Source: Octopus vulgaris (lineage: Eukaryota). From it: a stretch of 64,000 nucleotides of DNA. Made by a program: the position numbers and the translations under genes. Shown here in pieces: positions 36,673-49,137 of this stretch (positions within the stretch are counted from its first letter, which is position 1; every line of letters starts with the position of its first letter). The stretch covers positions 73,532,001 to 73,596,000 of the forward strand of contig OX597831.1 in assembly GCA_951406725.2 (NCBI GenBank). Direction: 5' to 3'. The notes beneath the pieces are model-generated. The model was not told the DNA's origin. It saw nothing but the letters and a program-made list of their open reading frames with translations, and did no database searches.

Positions 36673-37744
36673 CCTTTACGGGACTGTCACGTTAAGTTGA
36701 CAATAGACAACCACTCTCTCTCTCTCTCTCTCTCTCTATGAATTTGTGGTAAAACATTTTACCTTTGCCCATATAATACAGTAAATGAATTAATTGCAAT
36801 GCAATTCTTAACATTTATGTATTAACTTTGTTGGGTACTTCACTAGCAGTATATTGGATATATGTTATCCCATGGAGGGTTGCATTTACAACCCCTATCT
36901 CAATTTGTATATATATATACACACACAAATTTGTATGAAGTGTTATACATTCCTTCATATTGTTTATCAAATCAGGGTGTGTGTGTGTGTGTGTGTAAAC
37001 TGGAAATTCCTTCAGATTCCTTTCTTCTCAAATATTGCAAAGGCATGTAAGACAAAAATTAAACAGCCATTCAACAAACAGAGACTGACAAAATAAAAAA
37101 AAAGTTAGGTCCAGGTGATGGTGATCCATAGAACTGAAATACCCTCCACAGTGGTGCTCCAGCATGGTTACTGTCTAATGACTGACACTAATTAAAGAAG
37201 AGGTGTGTATAGAAGCTACAGGCTAAGGTGGGAAGTGTTGGGAGTTTTTGTAAAATGTTATAGGAGGGGTCCACAGACATGGGGTGGGGTGGGACACTTA
37301 TAAGACAGTTAAGTACCTGTCTTCACAGTGACACTTACGTTGCTGGGTGAGGGTAGTGATGGTGGTGAGAAGTGGGGGAGGAGGGCAAGGTGTGGGACAG
37401 ACTGAACAGGAAATGGTAAGTAGAGAGCTAGAATGAACAGTGGTGGTGTTTGTGGTAATGGTGAGAGAAGGTGAAGAAAAAAGGGGAGGGAAACCAGCCC
37501 CTAGAGATTGAATCATAATTGAACTTCTGCCCCCCCCCCCCCCCGACACTGCTAGAGGACCTTGCTAGAAGAGAGGCAGAGAATAAAGGCCTGATGAGCA
37601 ATAAAGGGAGAAGAAAGAAAGGACTATATCCTTAATTTCTTTACCCCTGTTTCCTTCTTTTGTACACAAAACATAGACACAATAGTTTAGACAAATATAC
37701 ACTCCTTCCTAAGATATATATACATGTGTATCTATACATTTTGG

Positions 37745-38058
37745 GATTTGGTTTTCAAGATTCTTTATGTGAATTCGTGTGTTGAAGCATATTCTGTTGA
37801 GTCTGGGGAGAGTCATTCTCTTCTTTTTGTGCCTTATAATTTAACACACTCACCGGTAAAAATTCCACTTATTTCTTTTTTATTTTTCTACAATTTTCGT
37901 TGCGTCTTGCAACTTTTTCAATAATTGTTGAGAGTCAAAACTATTGAAAAGGTTGCAAGATGCAACAAAAATTTTAGACAAAAAAAACGAAATGTGGAAA
38001 TTTTACCGGTGAGTGTGTTAAATTATAAGGCACTGAAAGAGAATGACTCTCCCCAGAC
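37745..38058. mobile_element. Head-to-head inverted element with hammerhead-like motifs (family H4)
   Basis: Arms 37801-37923 and 37942-38058; left arm probably extends about 55 nt further; composite motif CTA-TTGAAAA-g-GTTGC(AAGAY)GCAAC-GAAA-AT-TT-TAG. Confidence 0.7.
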
Positions 38059-38109
38059 ACAACAATATATATAAATAAATGTGTAGATACACACACACAC
38101 ATATATATA

Positions 38110-38247
38110 TGTTAGGAAGGGCATCCAGTTGTAGAAAGCAAACCAAAACAGAGAATGGAACCTGGTGCAGCCCCTGGCCTTGCCAGCTCTTGTCAAACTG
38201 GTCAACCCATGCCAGCATGGAAAACAGACAATAGATGATGATGATGG
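38110..38247 (+). mobile_element. R1 RTE 3' tail fragment
   Basis: GTTAGGAAGGGCATCC...CAACCCATGCCAGCATGGAAA...(GAT)n. Confidence 0.78.
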
Positions 38248-38887
38248 TGACATATTATCAATAATTGGCAGAAGTTACAAGGTGACTCGATTTGTTCAAC
38301 TAAAATTCTTTAAGGCAGTGCTCTAGCATGGCCACAGTCTAATGCCAAACCATTAAAAGAATACCCATGTTTTGAATTCTGTTTCCCTGTTTGCATCCCC
38401 AAATCTAAATGCGTGTTCTTTTGTCTCAGTCATTTGACCCTTAAAGCTTGGTACAGTGGCTGGGTGGTAAGTAGCTTGCTTCCCAACCACATGGTTCTGG
38501 GTTCATTCTCACTGTGTGGCACCTTGGGTAAGTGTCTTCTACTATAGCCTTGAGCCAACCAAAGACTTGTGAGTGGATTTGGTTGACAGAAACTGAAAGA
38601 AACCTGTCATCTATATGCATGTTTATAAATGTAAAAACTTACTGCTGACAAAGGGTACGTGGCATTCAATTATTAAATAAAAATGAAAAAATACATATCA
38701 AGTACAGGACATCATCAATAAGTGAAAAATATGTAAACACACAATGAGAGACAAACAGGGACAAAGCACAAAACAGAGAATAATAAGCAGTTGACAACTG
38801 AGGAGGACTTGTCCTTCTTTTGGTATTTTGTCCCATACTTGTCTCTTGGTGATGTCCTGTACTTAATATATATTTTTTCAATTTATA

Positions 38888-38936
<49 letters not shown>

Positions 38937-39094
38937 ATCGGGTTTAGTCCCACTGCGTGGCACTTTGGGTAGGTGTCTTCCGCTATAGCCCTGAGCTGAC
39001 CGGAGCTTTGTGATTGAATTCGGTAGGTGGGAGTTACTGCCGTGTGTGTATGTGTGCGTATAGCTGCTCAGTGCCTCTCCGAAAGAGAGAGATT

Positions 39095-39380
39095 ATCATG
39101 TGCGAGTTGTTGCCAGTGCTGCCTGACTGGCAGCCCCGTGCTGAATGTGGTCGATGCCACCCCCACCTCCCGCCCCGACTGGCTCCCATGCCGGTGGCAC
39201 GTAAAAAGCACCCACTACACTCTTGGAGTGGTTGGTGTTAGGAAGGGCATCTAGCTGTAGAAACACTGCCAGATTGGATTGGGGCCTGGTGTAGCCTCCT
39301 GGCTTGCCAGTCCCCAGTCAAACCACCCAACCCATGCCAGCATGGAAAATGGACGTTAAACCATGATGATGATGATGATA
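39095..39380 (+). mobile_element. R1 RTE 3'UTR fragment
   Basis: GCCGGTGGCACGTAAAAAGCACC...GGACGTTAAA...(GAT)n. Confidence 0.82.
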
Positions 39381-40284
39381 TATATATATTTTTATTTGTA
39401 TGTATGCCTTTGTGTCTGGTTGTCACTTCCCACTGTTGCTTGGCAACCGATGTTGGTGTGTTTAGCATTTCAATAAAACTGATAAAATAAGTACAAGGCT
39501 TACAAAGAATAAGTCCTGGGATTGATTTCTTTAACTAAAACCCTTTAAGGTGGTGCTCCAGCATGGCTGCAGTTAAATGAAGCAAGTAAAAGAATGAAAG
39601 AATACTCTCAGTCTCCTTTTGCTGAGCTGCTAAGTTACAGAGATGTACACAAACCAGCATGGGTGGTTGTCAAGAGAGAAGATGCAAACCCTAAAACACA
39701 TGATGGGCTTCTGTACAGTTTCCATGAACCCCATTAACCCACAAAAGGCATTTGCTAGCACTGGGCTATGGTGGAAGATATTTCCCTCAAGTGCCACTCT
39801 GAGAGATTGAACCTAAAAATGCGACTGGAAAGCGAACTTCGTAATCACAGCCAAGCTTGTCTACACACACACACTATTTATATAGCCTGTCTTTTTGTGT
39901 GAGTGTATACAAGCAGGGCTATGTAGCTGGAAGCAATTATTGGATTATGAGAGTCTGCAGAATTGGTAAGAAAGCACTGACTTGAAATGTAAAATGTTGC
40001 ATTAAATTCTCCAATTTCACAGATTAAAATTTGAAAATAATCAAATCAGATTTAAAGGCTTTTAAGAAAGAGGAATTGGTACAAGTAATTCTGTTCTGAA
40101 GAACAAGATGTTAGCAAATTTGGGATTTGGAACTTCCATTTAACTCCTTTTCTAGAAATAAACCATCTTTAATTAAATTTGTAAAGATAACTTTGCAATA
40201 TTTTACAATGTAATTTCATTTTTGATTCTTTTCAAGGAATCCTTCAAGTTCATTTCAGTTTTATATAAACTCTGTGCATTTCTG

Positions 40285-40665
40285 TGTGGTAAGAAGCTCA
40301 CTTTGCAACTGTACCGTTCTGGGTTCAGTCCCACTGTGGGACACCTTGGGCGAGTGTCTTCTACTAAAGTCCTGGGCCGATCAAAACCTTATGAGTGAAC
40401 TTGGAAGAGAGAAATTGTATGGAAACCTGCTGTGTGTGTGTGTGTGTGTGTGTCTGTCTTTCTCCTCCCCCCCCCACACCACTTGAGAAATGGTGTTGGT
40501 TTGTTTATGTTCCCATAACTTAGCAAAAGAGATTGATAAAATAAATATCAGACTTCAAAAAAAAAACACAAAGTACTGGAGTTGATTCCTTCAAGTAAAC
40601 CCTTCAAGGTAGTGCTCCAGTTTGGCCACAGTTCAATGACAAAAACAAATAAAAAATAAAAGATA
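40285..40665 (+). mobile_element. SINE family 1, diverged
   Basis: TGTGTGGTAAG...GGTTCAGTCCC...GTGCTCCAG tail. Confidence 0.75.
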
Positions 40666-41174
40666 AACATTGATTTAATTTAAAATTGAGTTTCTTTCTT
40701 TTAAAAAAGTGGTCTTTTGTTAAGTTGCCCTGTTCCATCTTTCAGCTTTAACTTCGACGTTCTTGAAATTTTGGAATTGCTAAACAAAGATATTCCTGAT
40801 TTTCTTTTATGGTATTTTCATAGTTTATTTCTTGTGTATCATTGTAATTTGTAACTAAAAACAGCCTCTTTTAATTCTTGTCACGTTTTGTCTTTCACTC
40901 AGTTGTAAATTCATTAACCCCTTTGATGCCAATCCACCTGAGATTGCCCCTGGTTCTTTGATACAAACTCCCTGTTTTTAATGTGAACTAAATTAAAATC
41001 TTCCATCAAAATTCTGTTAATTTATATTCTAAACACTAGTTATTTCATTTAATTCTTCATTTTCTAAATTAACTGAAACAAAGGCAGTGGGTCTCAACAG
41101 AAATTATGGTAACAAAAGGATTAATAAAGAATATAGGAAAGAAAGATCGCAATGGTATAGCGGTAGCCTTTAAA

Positions 41175-41530
41175 ATCAAAAAATCAAATCAAAATCGATG
41201 AACATCAATGGAATTTGTAGTTTTGTGGTACCAGAGCCGGTGGCTGTAGCCAGTACCGCATCAACTGGTCTCCGTGCTGGTGGCACGTAACAAACACCAT
41301 CCGATCATGGCCGTTCGCCAGCCTCGTCTGGCACCTGTGTCGGTGGCACATAAAAAGCACCCACTACACTCGCGGAGTGGTTGGCGTTAGGAAGGACATC
41401 CAGCTGTAGAAACACTACCAGATCTGGACTGACCTGGTGCAGCCTTCGGGCTTCCCAGACCCCAGTTGAACCGTCCAACCCATGCTAGCATGGAAAGCGG
41501 ACGTTAAACGATGATGATGATGATGATGAT
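41175..41530 (+). mobile_element. R1 RTE 3'UTR fragment
   Basis: Homologous to 42020-42382; (GAT)n tail. Confidence 0.85.
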
Positions 41531-41536
41531 AACCAT

Positions 41537-42382
41537 GACATGCATAGGCTCGAAAGAAATGAAGCTAGCATGATCCGCTGGATGTGTAATGTCAGTGTGC
41601 ACACACGACAGAGTGTAAGCGCCCTGAGAGAAATAAGCGCCCTGAGAGAAATGCTGGACATAAGAAGCATCGGATGTGGCATGCAAGAGAGACGTTTGCG
41701 CTAGTATGGTCATGTACTATGAATAGATGAGGAGAGATGTGTGAAGAAGTGCCACTCCCAAACAGTTGAAGGAATTCGGGGTAGAGGTAGACCCAGGTGG
41801 ATGAGGTGGTCAAGCCTGACCTTTGAACATTGGGTCTCACAGAGACAATGACGAAAGACCGAGACCTCTGGAGATATGCTGTGATTGTGAAGACCTGGCA
41901 AATAAAGTGAGTTCATGGCTGTATCCTACACCAGTTTCACATAACCAGCCCCAGCCCATTCAAAGTACCTTGGATTGCAGGATGGCCTGCTGTGCTTGAG
42001 GAAACCTATTGAGTCAAGTACATCAACATCAAAATAAAAATCAAATGGAAATTGTAGTTGTGATACCCATGCCGGTGGGGTGTAAAAAGCACCATCTGAA
42101 CGTGGCCGATGCCAGCACCACCTTGACTGGCTTCCGTGCCGGTGGCATGTAAAAAGCACCAACCGATCGTGGCTGTTGCCAGCCTCCTCAGGCCCCTGTG
42201 CCGGTGGCACGTAAAAAGCACCCACTACACTTATGGAGTGGTTGGTGTTAGGAAGGGCATCCAGCTGTAGAAACACTGTCCAATCAGACTAGAGCCTGGT
42301 GCAGCTTCCTGGCTCCCCAGACCCTGGTTAAACCGTCCAACCCATGCTAACATGGAAAACAGATGTTAAACAGTGATGATGA
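41537..42382 (+). mobile_element. 5'-truncated RTE-clade LINE (R1): ORF C-terminus with stops plus 3'UTR
   Basis: Translates DMHRLERNEASMIRWMCNVS...QERRLR*YGHVL*IDEERCVKK...VEGIRGRGRPR...DRDLWR (RTE C-terminal motifs), stop near 41910, then the 3'UTR. Confidence 0.9.
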
Positions 42383-42983
42383 ATTCTGTTGAAAAACACT
42401 TCTTTTGTTTCAACCAATTTTGAAAATAATGAAGAATTTACTCAAATTAATCTGAAATTTTGGTGGAAGGTTTTAATTTAGATCACTTTAACCATTTTGT
42501 TACCATATCTCTGTTGGAATAAACTTTGTTTCAATCAATTTTGAGAATAATTAAGAATTTAGTCAAATGATTTTCACACCATTAAGCAACTGTTTGGAAC
42601 ATAAAGTAACCTGAAATCTTGATGGCAGATTTTGAGATCCACTAAATGTAGCGAAAAGCTATCATGGAACCAAAGTTGGTTTCAAGTAGGTTGATATCGA
42701 AAGGGTTAACAATTTAATCCTTCTGATGCCAACTCACCTGAGATATTGGCAAGAAAAGAGTTAACCGCTGGCACAGCCGAGACTGATAATTCCCACTGTC
42801 CAGGTGGGTTATAAATGATTACCTTAACTATAAACAGAGGAATTTGAGAGCGGTAGAATTTGAAGAAATGGAGTTAAAATCTTGCTGTACCAACTCTACA
42901 GACTTGTTTATAAGTGTGTAAGTAGTGTTCGTGTGTGTCTGCACAGATACGACTCTTTATATAATTACATGCATTCTAATATG

Positions 42984-43319
42984 ACAATTGCAGCGTGGAA
43001 GGTGTTTGTAAGCCATTTAAGAAACACACAAAAGCCGTTCGATTCACTACAACATTTAAGTTTAATTTGTCGAAATATTTTCGTCGCTTTAAGACCGCGA
43101 CCTCTTCACTGACAAAAATCCGTGCTGCATCCGTGCTGTCAGTGAACAGGTCGCGGTCTTAAAGCGACAAAAATAATTTGACAAACTTAAATGTTGTAGT
43201 GAATTGAATGGCTTTTGTGTGTTTCTTAAATGGCTTACAAACACCTTCCACGCTGCAATTGTTTTCGTTTCAGCACACGATCTCAGATCAAATCACTTGC
43301 TATGCAAGTACATCTCCGT
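42984..43319. mobile_element. Head-to-head inverted pair of hammerhead-bearing element H3
   Basis: Left copy 43131 to 42984 (-), right copy 43137-43319 (+) with about 57 nt extra tail; solo copy at 62216-62420. Confidence 0.8.
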
Positions 43320-43821
43320 CATTCTAATATATATGCTAATGTATGTACACGTGTGTGCTTGTGTGTACGTGTGTGTTTTCTACAGTCACTTTGAAATTGG
43401 TTGGAGAATAACTACAACTTCTGTAAAGATTGTCCGGTCAGGTGTCATCCAAAATACACACACACACACACTCCATATATGGAGAGCTCCCTCTTTTCAA
43501 CGTTGATACTTGTTCTGTCACCATGTGTGTGTGTGTGTGTGTGTGTGTTTACTGGGAACATCATCTTTAAGTCTGCTTCCCCATGTTGGTATGGGCTGGA
43601 TGGGACTTGTTGAAAGGATGCTTCACAGCTGGGTCCCTTTCCTGTTGCCAAACCTTTTAGTTATTGTCTTTTAGACACTGCACCTATCCTAAAAACCAAA
43701 CTACACACACACAACTTAAAGCAAGGATATAAATCCTGTGAAAAGGGGGTCAGCATCCAAGTTTCCCACTTATATCCAGCATATTTGTGAAAACCAAAGA
43801 TGCTAACTTTGCATTGATAGA

Positions 43822-44090
43822 TCATCATCATAATCATCATCATTGTTTAACGTCCGTTTTCCACGCTAGCACGGGTTGGACGGTTTGACCGGGGTCTGAG
43901 AAGCCAGGAGGCTGCACCAGGCTCCAGTCTGATCTGGCAGTGTTTCTACAGCTGGATGCTCTTCCTAACGCCAACCACTCAATGAATGTAGTGGGTGCTT
44001 TTTACGTGCCACCGGCACAGGTGCCAGGGGAGTCTGGCAGCGGCCCCGATCGGTTGGTGCTTTTAACGTGCCACTGGCACGGAAGCCAGA
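43822..44090 (-). mobile_element. R1 RTE 3'UTR fragment
   Basis: Reverse complement of the R1 tail. Confidence 0.83.
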
Positions 44091-44232
44091 CAAGGCGGCA
44101 CTTTATTATTTTTTATGTATGAGAAAAAGAAAACAGAGAAACTGACCTACAGACTACCAATCTATGAGTTTGATATTGTTCAGAATTGTTTCATGTTCTA
44201 ATAAATTGGTGTCTACAGGTCAGTTTGTCTGT

Positions 44233-44269
<37 letters not shown>

Positions 44270-44275
<6 letters not shown>

Positions 44276-45690
44276 AATAGCAGTCTGTGTGTTTGTGTCA
44301 AGTTGCCGTCTCCACCCATTAACGACTCTTCATGAGACTGCATACATGTTAAACCAACATCCAGTTTGTTACTAGGCTCATTGCAGTTTAATAAAAATCT
44401 ATAATTGGACGGATAGGGCCCCTAGAAGGGATCCTGATATAATCCATCTATTTTCCTTTAACGGCCAAGGGGAATAACCCATTCATTTTTCTTTATTTTT
44501 TCTCTTTTGTGCACTGGTCCTTTCTCCCTCCATTTATTAGACAAGCAATATCATTAGAGTGACTGGTTGCCAGTGATTACATTGTATAAATATGTGTGCA
44601 TTCTACATTACATGGACTTTCTTACAAGAAGTTGTCAGACAAGGTCAATGTTACTATCAATCTAACCCCTGTCCTACGTCAATATATAAATTTAATGACA
44701 TTTCATAAACCTACCCATGATCTTACATTTAAAGCAAATTTGGGTAAAATCCCACCATGGGTTATGGAGATATCAATGCCACAACTTATTTGCAACTTTT
44801 ACCATAAACGTACTGTTTCCATAGCAACCGTGCAAAAATTTTTCAAATTATTACATTTTATTTGGTCAGAAACGTTAGCGTGCCAGGCGAAATGCTTAGT
44901 GTTATTTTGTCTGTCGTTACGTTCTGAGTTCAAATTCCGCCAAGGTCGACTTTGCCTTTCATCCTTTTGTGGTCGATAAATAAAGTACCAGTTTCACACC
45001 GGGGTCGATGTAATCGACTTAATCCCTTTGTCTGTCTTTGTTTGTCTCCTCTATGTTTAGTCCCTTGTGGGTAGGAAAGAAATATATTTCTTAATATTTG
45101 AACTGTTACAGTTACTTTCGTGCTTTACCCAGAGCAACCCTTAAACAAGTAAATAGTATTTTCCTAAACAATAGATCCACTTATTTCGGTTAGTGACTTA
45201 TTCAAGAATATCCCATGAATGACGATGCCTTTTATGTCACTTCAGTCAATTGACAGGCACTGCATGAAGAACTTTTCAGAGTTATTTACTTTGAATTGTT
45301 ATTAACTCATATCCAATTTGCCTGTTATTATGTAACATGCTTCACGATTTCGGTATACATACCATACTGGTATTTGCTCCTAAGTTCTATATACTCTGGA
45401 AATGCATTAAAGCCCTTTTTCAGGGCTACTTTATTTGAATTGTTACTATTGGGTGACCAATTTGCATGTTATTACGTAACTGACTTCACGATTTTGGTAT
45501 TCATAACTTATTGGAATATCCTAAAATCAAGATGCTATGTAAGATGGTTTGGTATTCTCTGTAAATGCACAAAAACCATTTTAAGAACTACATACTTTGT
45601 ATTGTTGCCATTGGATTAGTAAAACACTTATGAGAACAGAACCAGGGGATAAGTCCTGCTCTTTCAAGAATTACCGGGCATGTCAGCTAG
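44270..45690 (+). mobile_element. Possible non-autonomous Helitron with nested SINE and internal ~145-160-bp repeats
   Basis: Starts ATATATAAATAGCAGTCTGTGTG, ends ACCGGGCATGTCAGCTAG|T like 62760-63139; 3' hairpin degenerate. Confidence 0.45.
44865..45082 (+). mobile_element. SINE family 2
   Basis: Family 2 body and tail A. Confidence 0.88.
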
Positions 45691-46366
45691 TATGTATGTA
45701 TATATATATATATATATATATATAAAGGTCCTGGAAGGATAAAAAGAGGGTGTTTCCAATGCACTCAACCCAAGATTAAGAGTCTTAAGTAAGACAAATT
45801 CTTCAGGTGTAGAAAATCTAGGTGCCACATCAATAAAGCCAATGTGTGGGTTGAGTAAAGGATAAAATATAATCCATGAATAGGTGTTAAAAACAGAGTT
45901 GGAACAGAAACAACTGTAATTAGTCATTAAAGGTATGATAACTTCTGTTTTTTTTTTATTAGGATTATATATAAGAGGTAAGGTTAAATACAATAAGGAA
46001 CTCCTGAATGGGACCAGGAGAGATGTATATAAAGGTGTATACTGTATTATGGAAGTACTGAAGGCTGATCTCAAGACATTGGACCTTATGAGGGAGATAA
46101 TAAAGGGCCAAAGTATTTGGCACCATGTTGTATTCAAAAAGACCCAGTCACCACAGCAGACTTGAGACCTGTACTGGTGTCATGCTGAAAGAACTGGTGC
46201 TAAGAAGGGCATCCAGCTGTAGAAACCATGCCAGACAATTGAGCCTAATGCGACCCCTGGGCTTTACCAGCTCCTCTCAAACTGTCCAACCTATGCCAGC
46301 ATGGAAAACGGACATTAAAGGACGATGATGATGATGGTTGGTGTGTGTGTGTGAGTGTATATGGGG

Positions 46367-46748
46367 ATGGAAGCACTCCATCGGTTACGACGACGAGGGT
46401 TCCGGTTGATCCGATCAACAGAACAGCCTGCTCATGAAATTAACGTGTAAGTGGCTGAGCACTCCACAGACACGTGTACCCTTAACGTAGTTTTCGGGGA
46501 TATTTAGCATGACACAGAGAGTGACAAGGCCGGCCCTTTGAAATACAGGTACAACAGAAACAGGAAGTAAGAGTGAGAGAAAGTTGTGGTGAAAGAGTAC
46601 AGCAGGGATCACCACCATCCCTGCCGGAGCCTCGTGGAGCTTTGGGTGTTTTCGCTCAATAAACACTCACAACGCCCTGGTCTGGGAATCGAAACCGCGA
46701 TCCTACGACCGCGAGTCCGCTGCCCTAACCACTGGGCCATTGCGCCTC

Positions 46749-46750
<2 letters not shown>
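46367..46750 (-). mobile_element. tRNA-derived SINE family 4, young and CpG-rich
   Basis: Reverse-strand head GGAGGCGCAATGGCCCAGTGGTTAGGGCAGCGGACTCGCGGTCGTAGGATCGCGGTTTCGATTCCC with A and B boxes; next to (TA)n. Confidence 0.85.
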
Positions 46751-46809
<59 letters not shown>

Positions 46810-47869
46810 AGCACATGTGTGAATGTGCAAAGCACTGTGTATATGTGAGAAAAGTTTAGAAAGAAAAGATGAAAAAAAAAAAGATGCAGGTAGTTAGTCA
46901 TTTAGCATGAGATGTTGGTCTGGGGTAGAAATATAATGGCAGAATAATTTAGAACAGGATTCCAGGTACTTAGAGATAACGAGGGTGGTAAATTATTCTT
47001 GAAGGAACTCTGAAAATTCCTCATTAGAAGGGGGAATGGTGGAATTGATCATGTCAAACTGATAAGGGGAAAAAATGCTACATCAAGTATTTTCATATAA
47101 TGTGTATATATGTATATATGTATGTGTATACACACACACATTCATAGAGAGAGAGAGAGAGCATGGGAAGAGGTGTGTACGTATATGTGTGTGTGTGTAT
47201 ATATATATATACATATACACACACACGCACGTGTATATGCATATACATAGACACACATGTATGTATGTGTATACACACACATGTATGTATATATACTCAC
47301 ACACACGTATGATATCTTGGAATTTTTAAAGGTTTATTCTTCAATTTTCTAAATCATCTCTTTTTCCTCTTTTTATCATGATTTTTTGTTATATTTTGTT
47401 TATAGAATTTCTCTTCAAGGATAAAACCATTTTGGTGTTTTATTTGTTCCACAATTTCCTAGTAAAACGAATGCTGAGATATTTAACCGCTTGGATACCA
47501 ATCCACCTGAGACCACCGCAGGCCCTGTGGCACAAAATGTCTTGTTTTCAAAAGTTATGAACTAAAATCTTCCATCAAAACTTAAACGATAATTTATGTT
47601 CCTAAAACCATCTTAATAATAATAATAATAAAGTTATTTTACCATCACTGCTTGGCAGCCAGTATTGGTGTGTTTACATCCCTGTAACTTAATGGTTTGG
47701 AATGGGGGAATCGATAAAGTAAATACCAAGCTTTCAAAAAGAAGCACTTGGGTCGATTTGTTTGACTAAAATTCTTCAAGGTGGTGCCCCAGTATGGTCT
47801 CGGTCTAATGACGGAAACAAGTAGAAAATAAAAGACACACACACATATAAATAGATAGGTTAGCAGGCT

Positions 47870-48205
47870 TCTGTGCCAGTGACCAGAGCGGCTGGCTGGC
47901 TTCTGTGCCGGTGGCACGTAAATGGCACTATTCAAGCGTGATTGTTACCAGCATCGCCTTACTGGCACGTGAGAAAACATTCGAGTGAGGTCGTTGCCAG
48001 TACCACCTGACTGGGCCCCACCCGTGCCGGTGGCACGTAAAAGCACCCACTACACTCTCGGACTGGTTGGTGTTAGGAAGGGCATCCAGCTGTAGAAACT
48101 CTGCCAGATCAAGATTGGAGCCTGGTACAGCCATCTGGTTCGCCAGTCCTCAGTCAAATTGTCCAACCTATGCTAGTATGGAAAGCGGGTGTTAAATGAT
48201 GATGC
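47870..48205 (+). mobile_element. R1 RTE 3'UTR fragment
   Basis: Repeated GTGGCACGT motifs followed by the R1 tail. Confidence 0.83.
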
Positions 48206-48521
48206 TGACGATGATGACATTAACAACCCATCATCGGATGGGGTTATATTTGTTGCTTCAAGTATTTCATGGTTTCTGAAGCAAAACCATTTTACCTTGC
48301 TATGCGTCACCTGGCTATTATCAGGATAGGTATCCTGATAATTGCTAGGTGGAAATGTGGCCTGAAATCAACAGGGATCCAATGGTTGGGTGCCTTTCCT
48401 AACACCAGCCACTCCACAGAGTGTACTGGGTGCTTTTTACATGGCTCTGGCATTGGTATCAGTGATACTGTGGTGGATGGGTCTTCTTGAGTACAGTAAG
48501 GTAGGGGAAGATAACAGAATT

Positions 48522-48756
48522 TAAGGCGGCGAGCTGGCAGAAATGTTAGCACGCCTGGCGAAATGCGTAGCCGTATTTTGCCTGCCGTTACGTTGTGGGT
48601 TCAAATTCCGCCGAGGTCGACTTTGCCTTTCATCCTTTCGGGATTGATAAATTAAGTGCCAATTACGCACTGGTGTCGATATAATCGACTTAATCCGTTT
48701 GTCTGTCCTTGTTTGTCCTCTCTGTGTTTAGCCCCTTGTGGGTAGTAAAGAAATAG
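48522..48756 (+). mobile_element. SINE family 2, full length
   Basis: AAGGCGGCGAGCTGGCAG...AAGAAATAG; short TSD AGAATTTAA. Confidence 0.9.
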
Positions 48757-48921
48757 AATTTAATTCTCATTGACTCAACATCAATGAGATTAGAGGTACA
48801 AAAACTGGTTTTTGTAAAGTCTGCAAAAGTATTTGAGTACAACTAAGGAACTGATTTTCTGGAAGTTGATGTTCTGGTACCATTTTCTTTAATACAGACA
48901 TGATTTTGGGACAACATTTAA

Positions 48922-49137
48922 CCCTTTAGCATTTGGATTATTCTGTCAAATGTAATCCTTATTTATCCACATTGTTTTGAATAAATCCTGCATTGTCTCA
49001 TAGCTTCCAGATTTTAATGTTAAGATTGTTTATTTTTAGGCTGACATTGTTGGGTAGGCATGAGATGCCAGATCTGGCTGGTTTGAACTTAAAACAGGTA
49101 ATCAGGCCAGATATGGCCAATTGAAATGCTAAAGTGG
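48922..49137. mobile_element. TTAA MITE family B
   Basis: TTAA|CCCTTTAGCATT...AAATGCTAAAGTG. Confidence 0.7.

Noticed and set aside
37588-37625. CTGATGA as another hammerhead core
   Set aside because: No stem II/GAAA/stem I pairing could be built around it.
46675-46750. Functional tRNA gene
   Set aside because: It is the tRNA-derived head of a SINE; the acceptor stem is incomplete and it continues into the SINE body.
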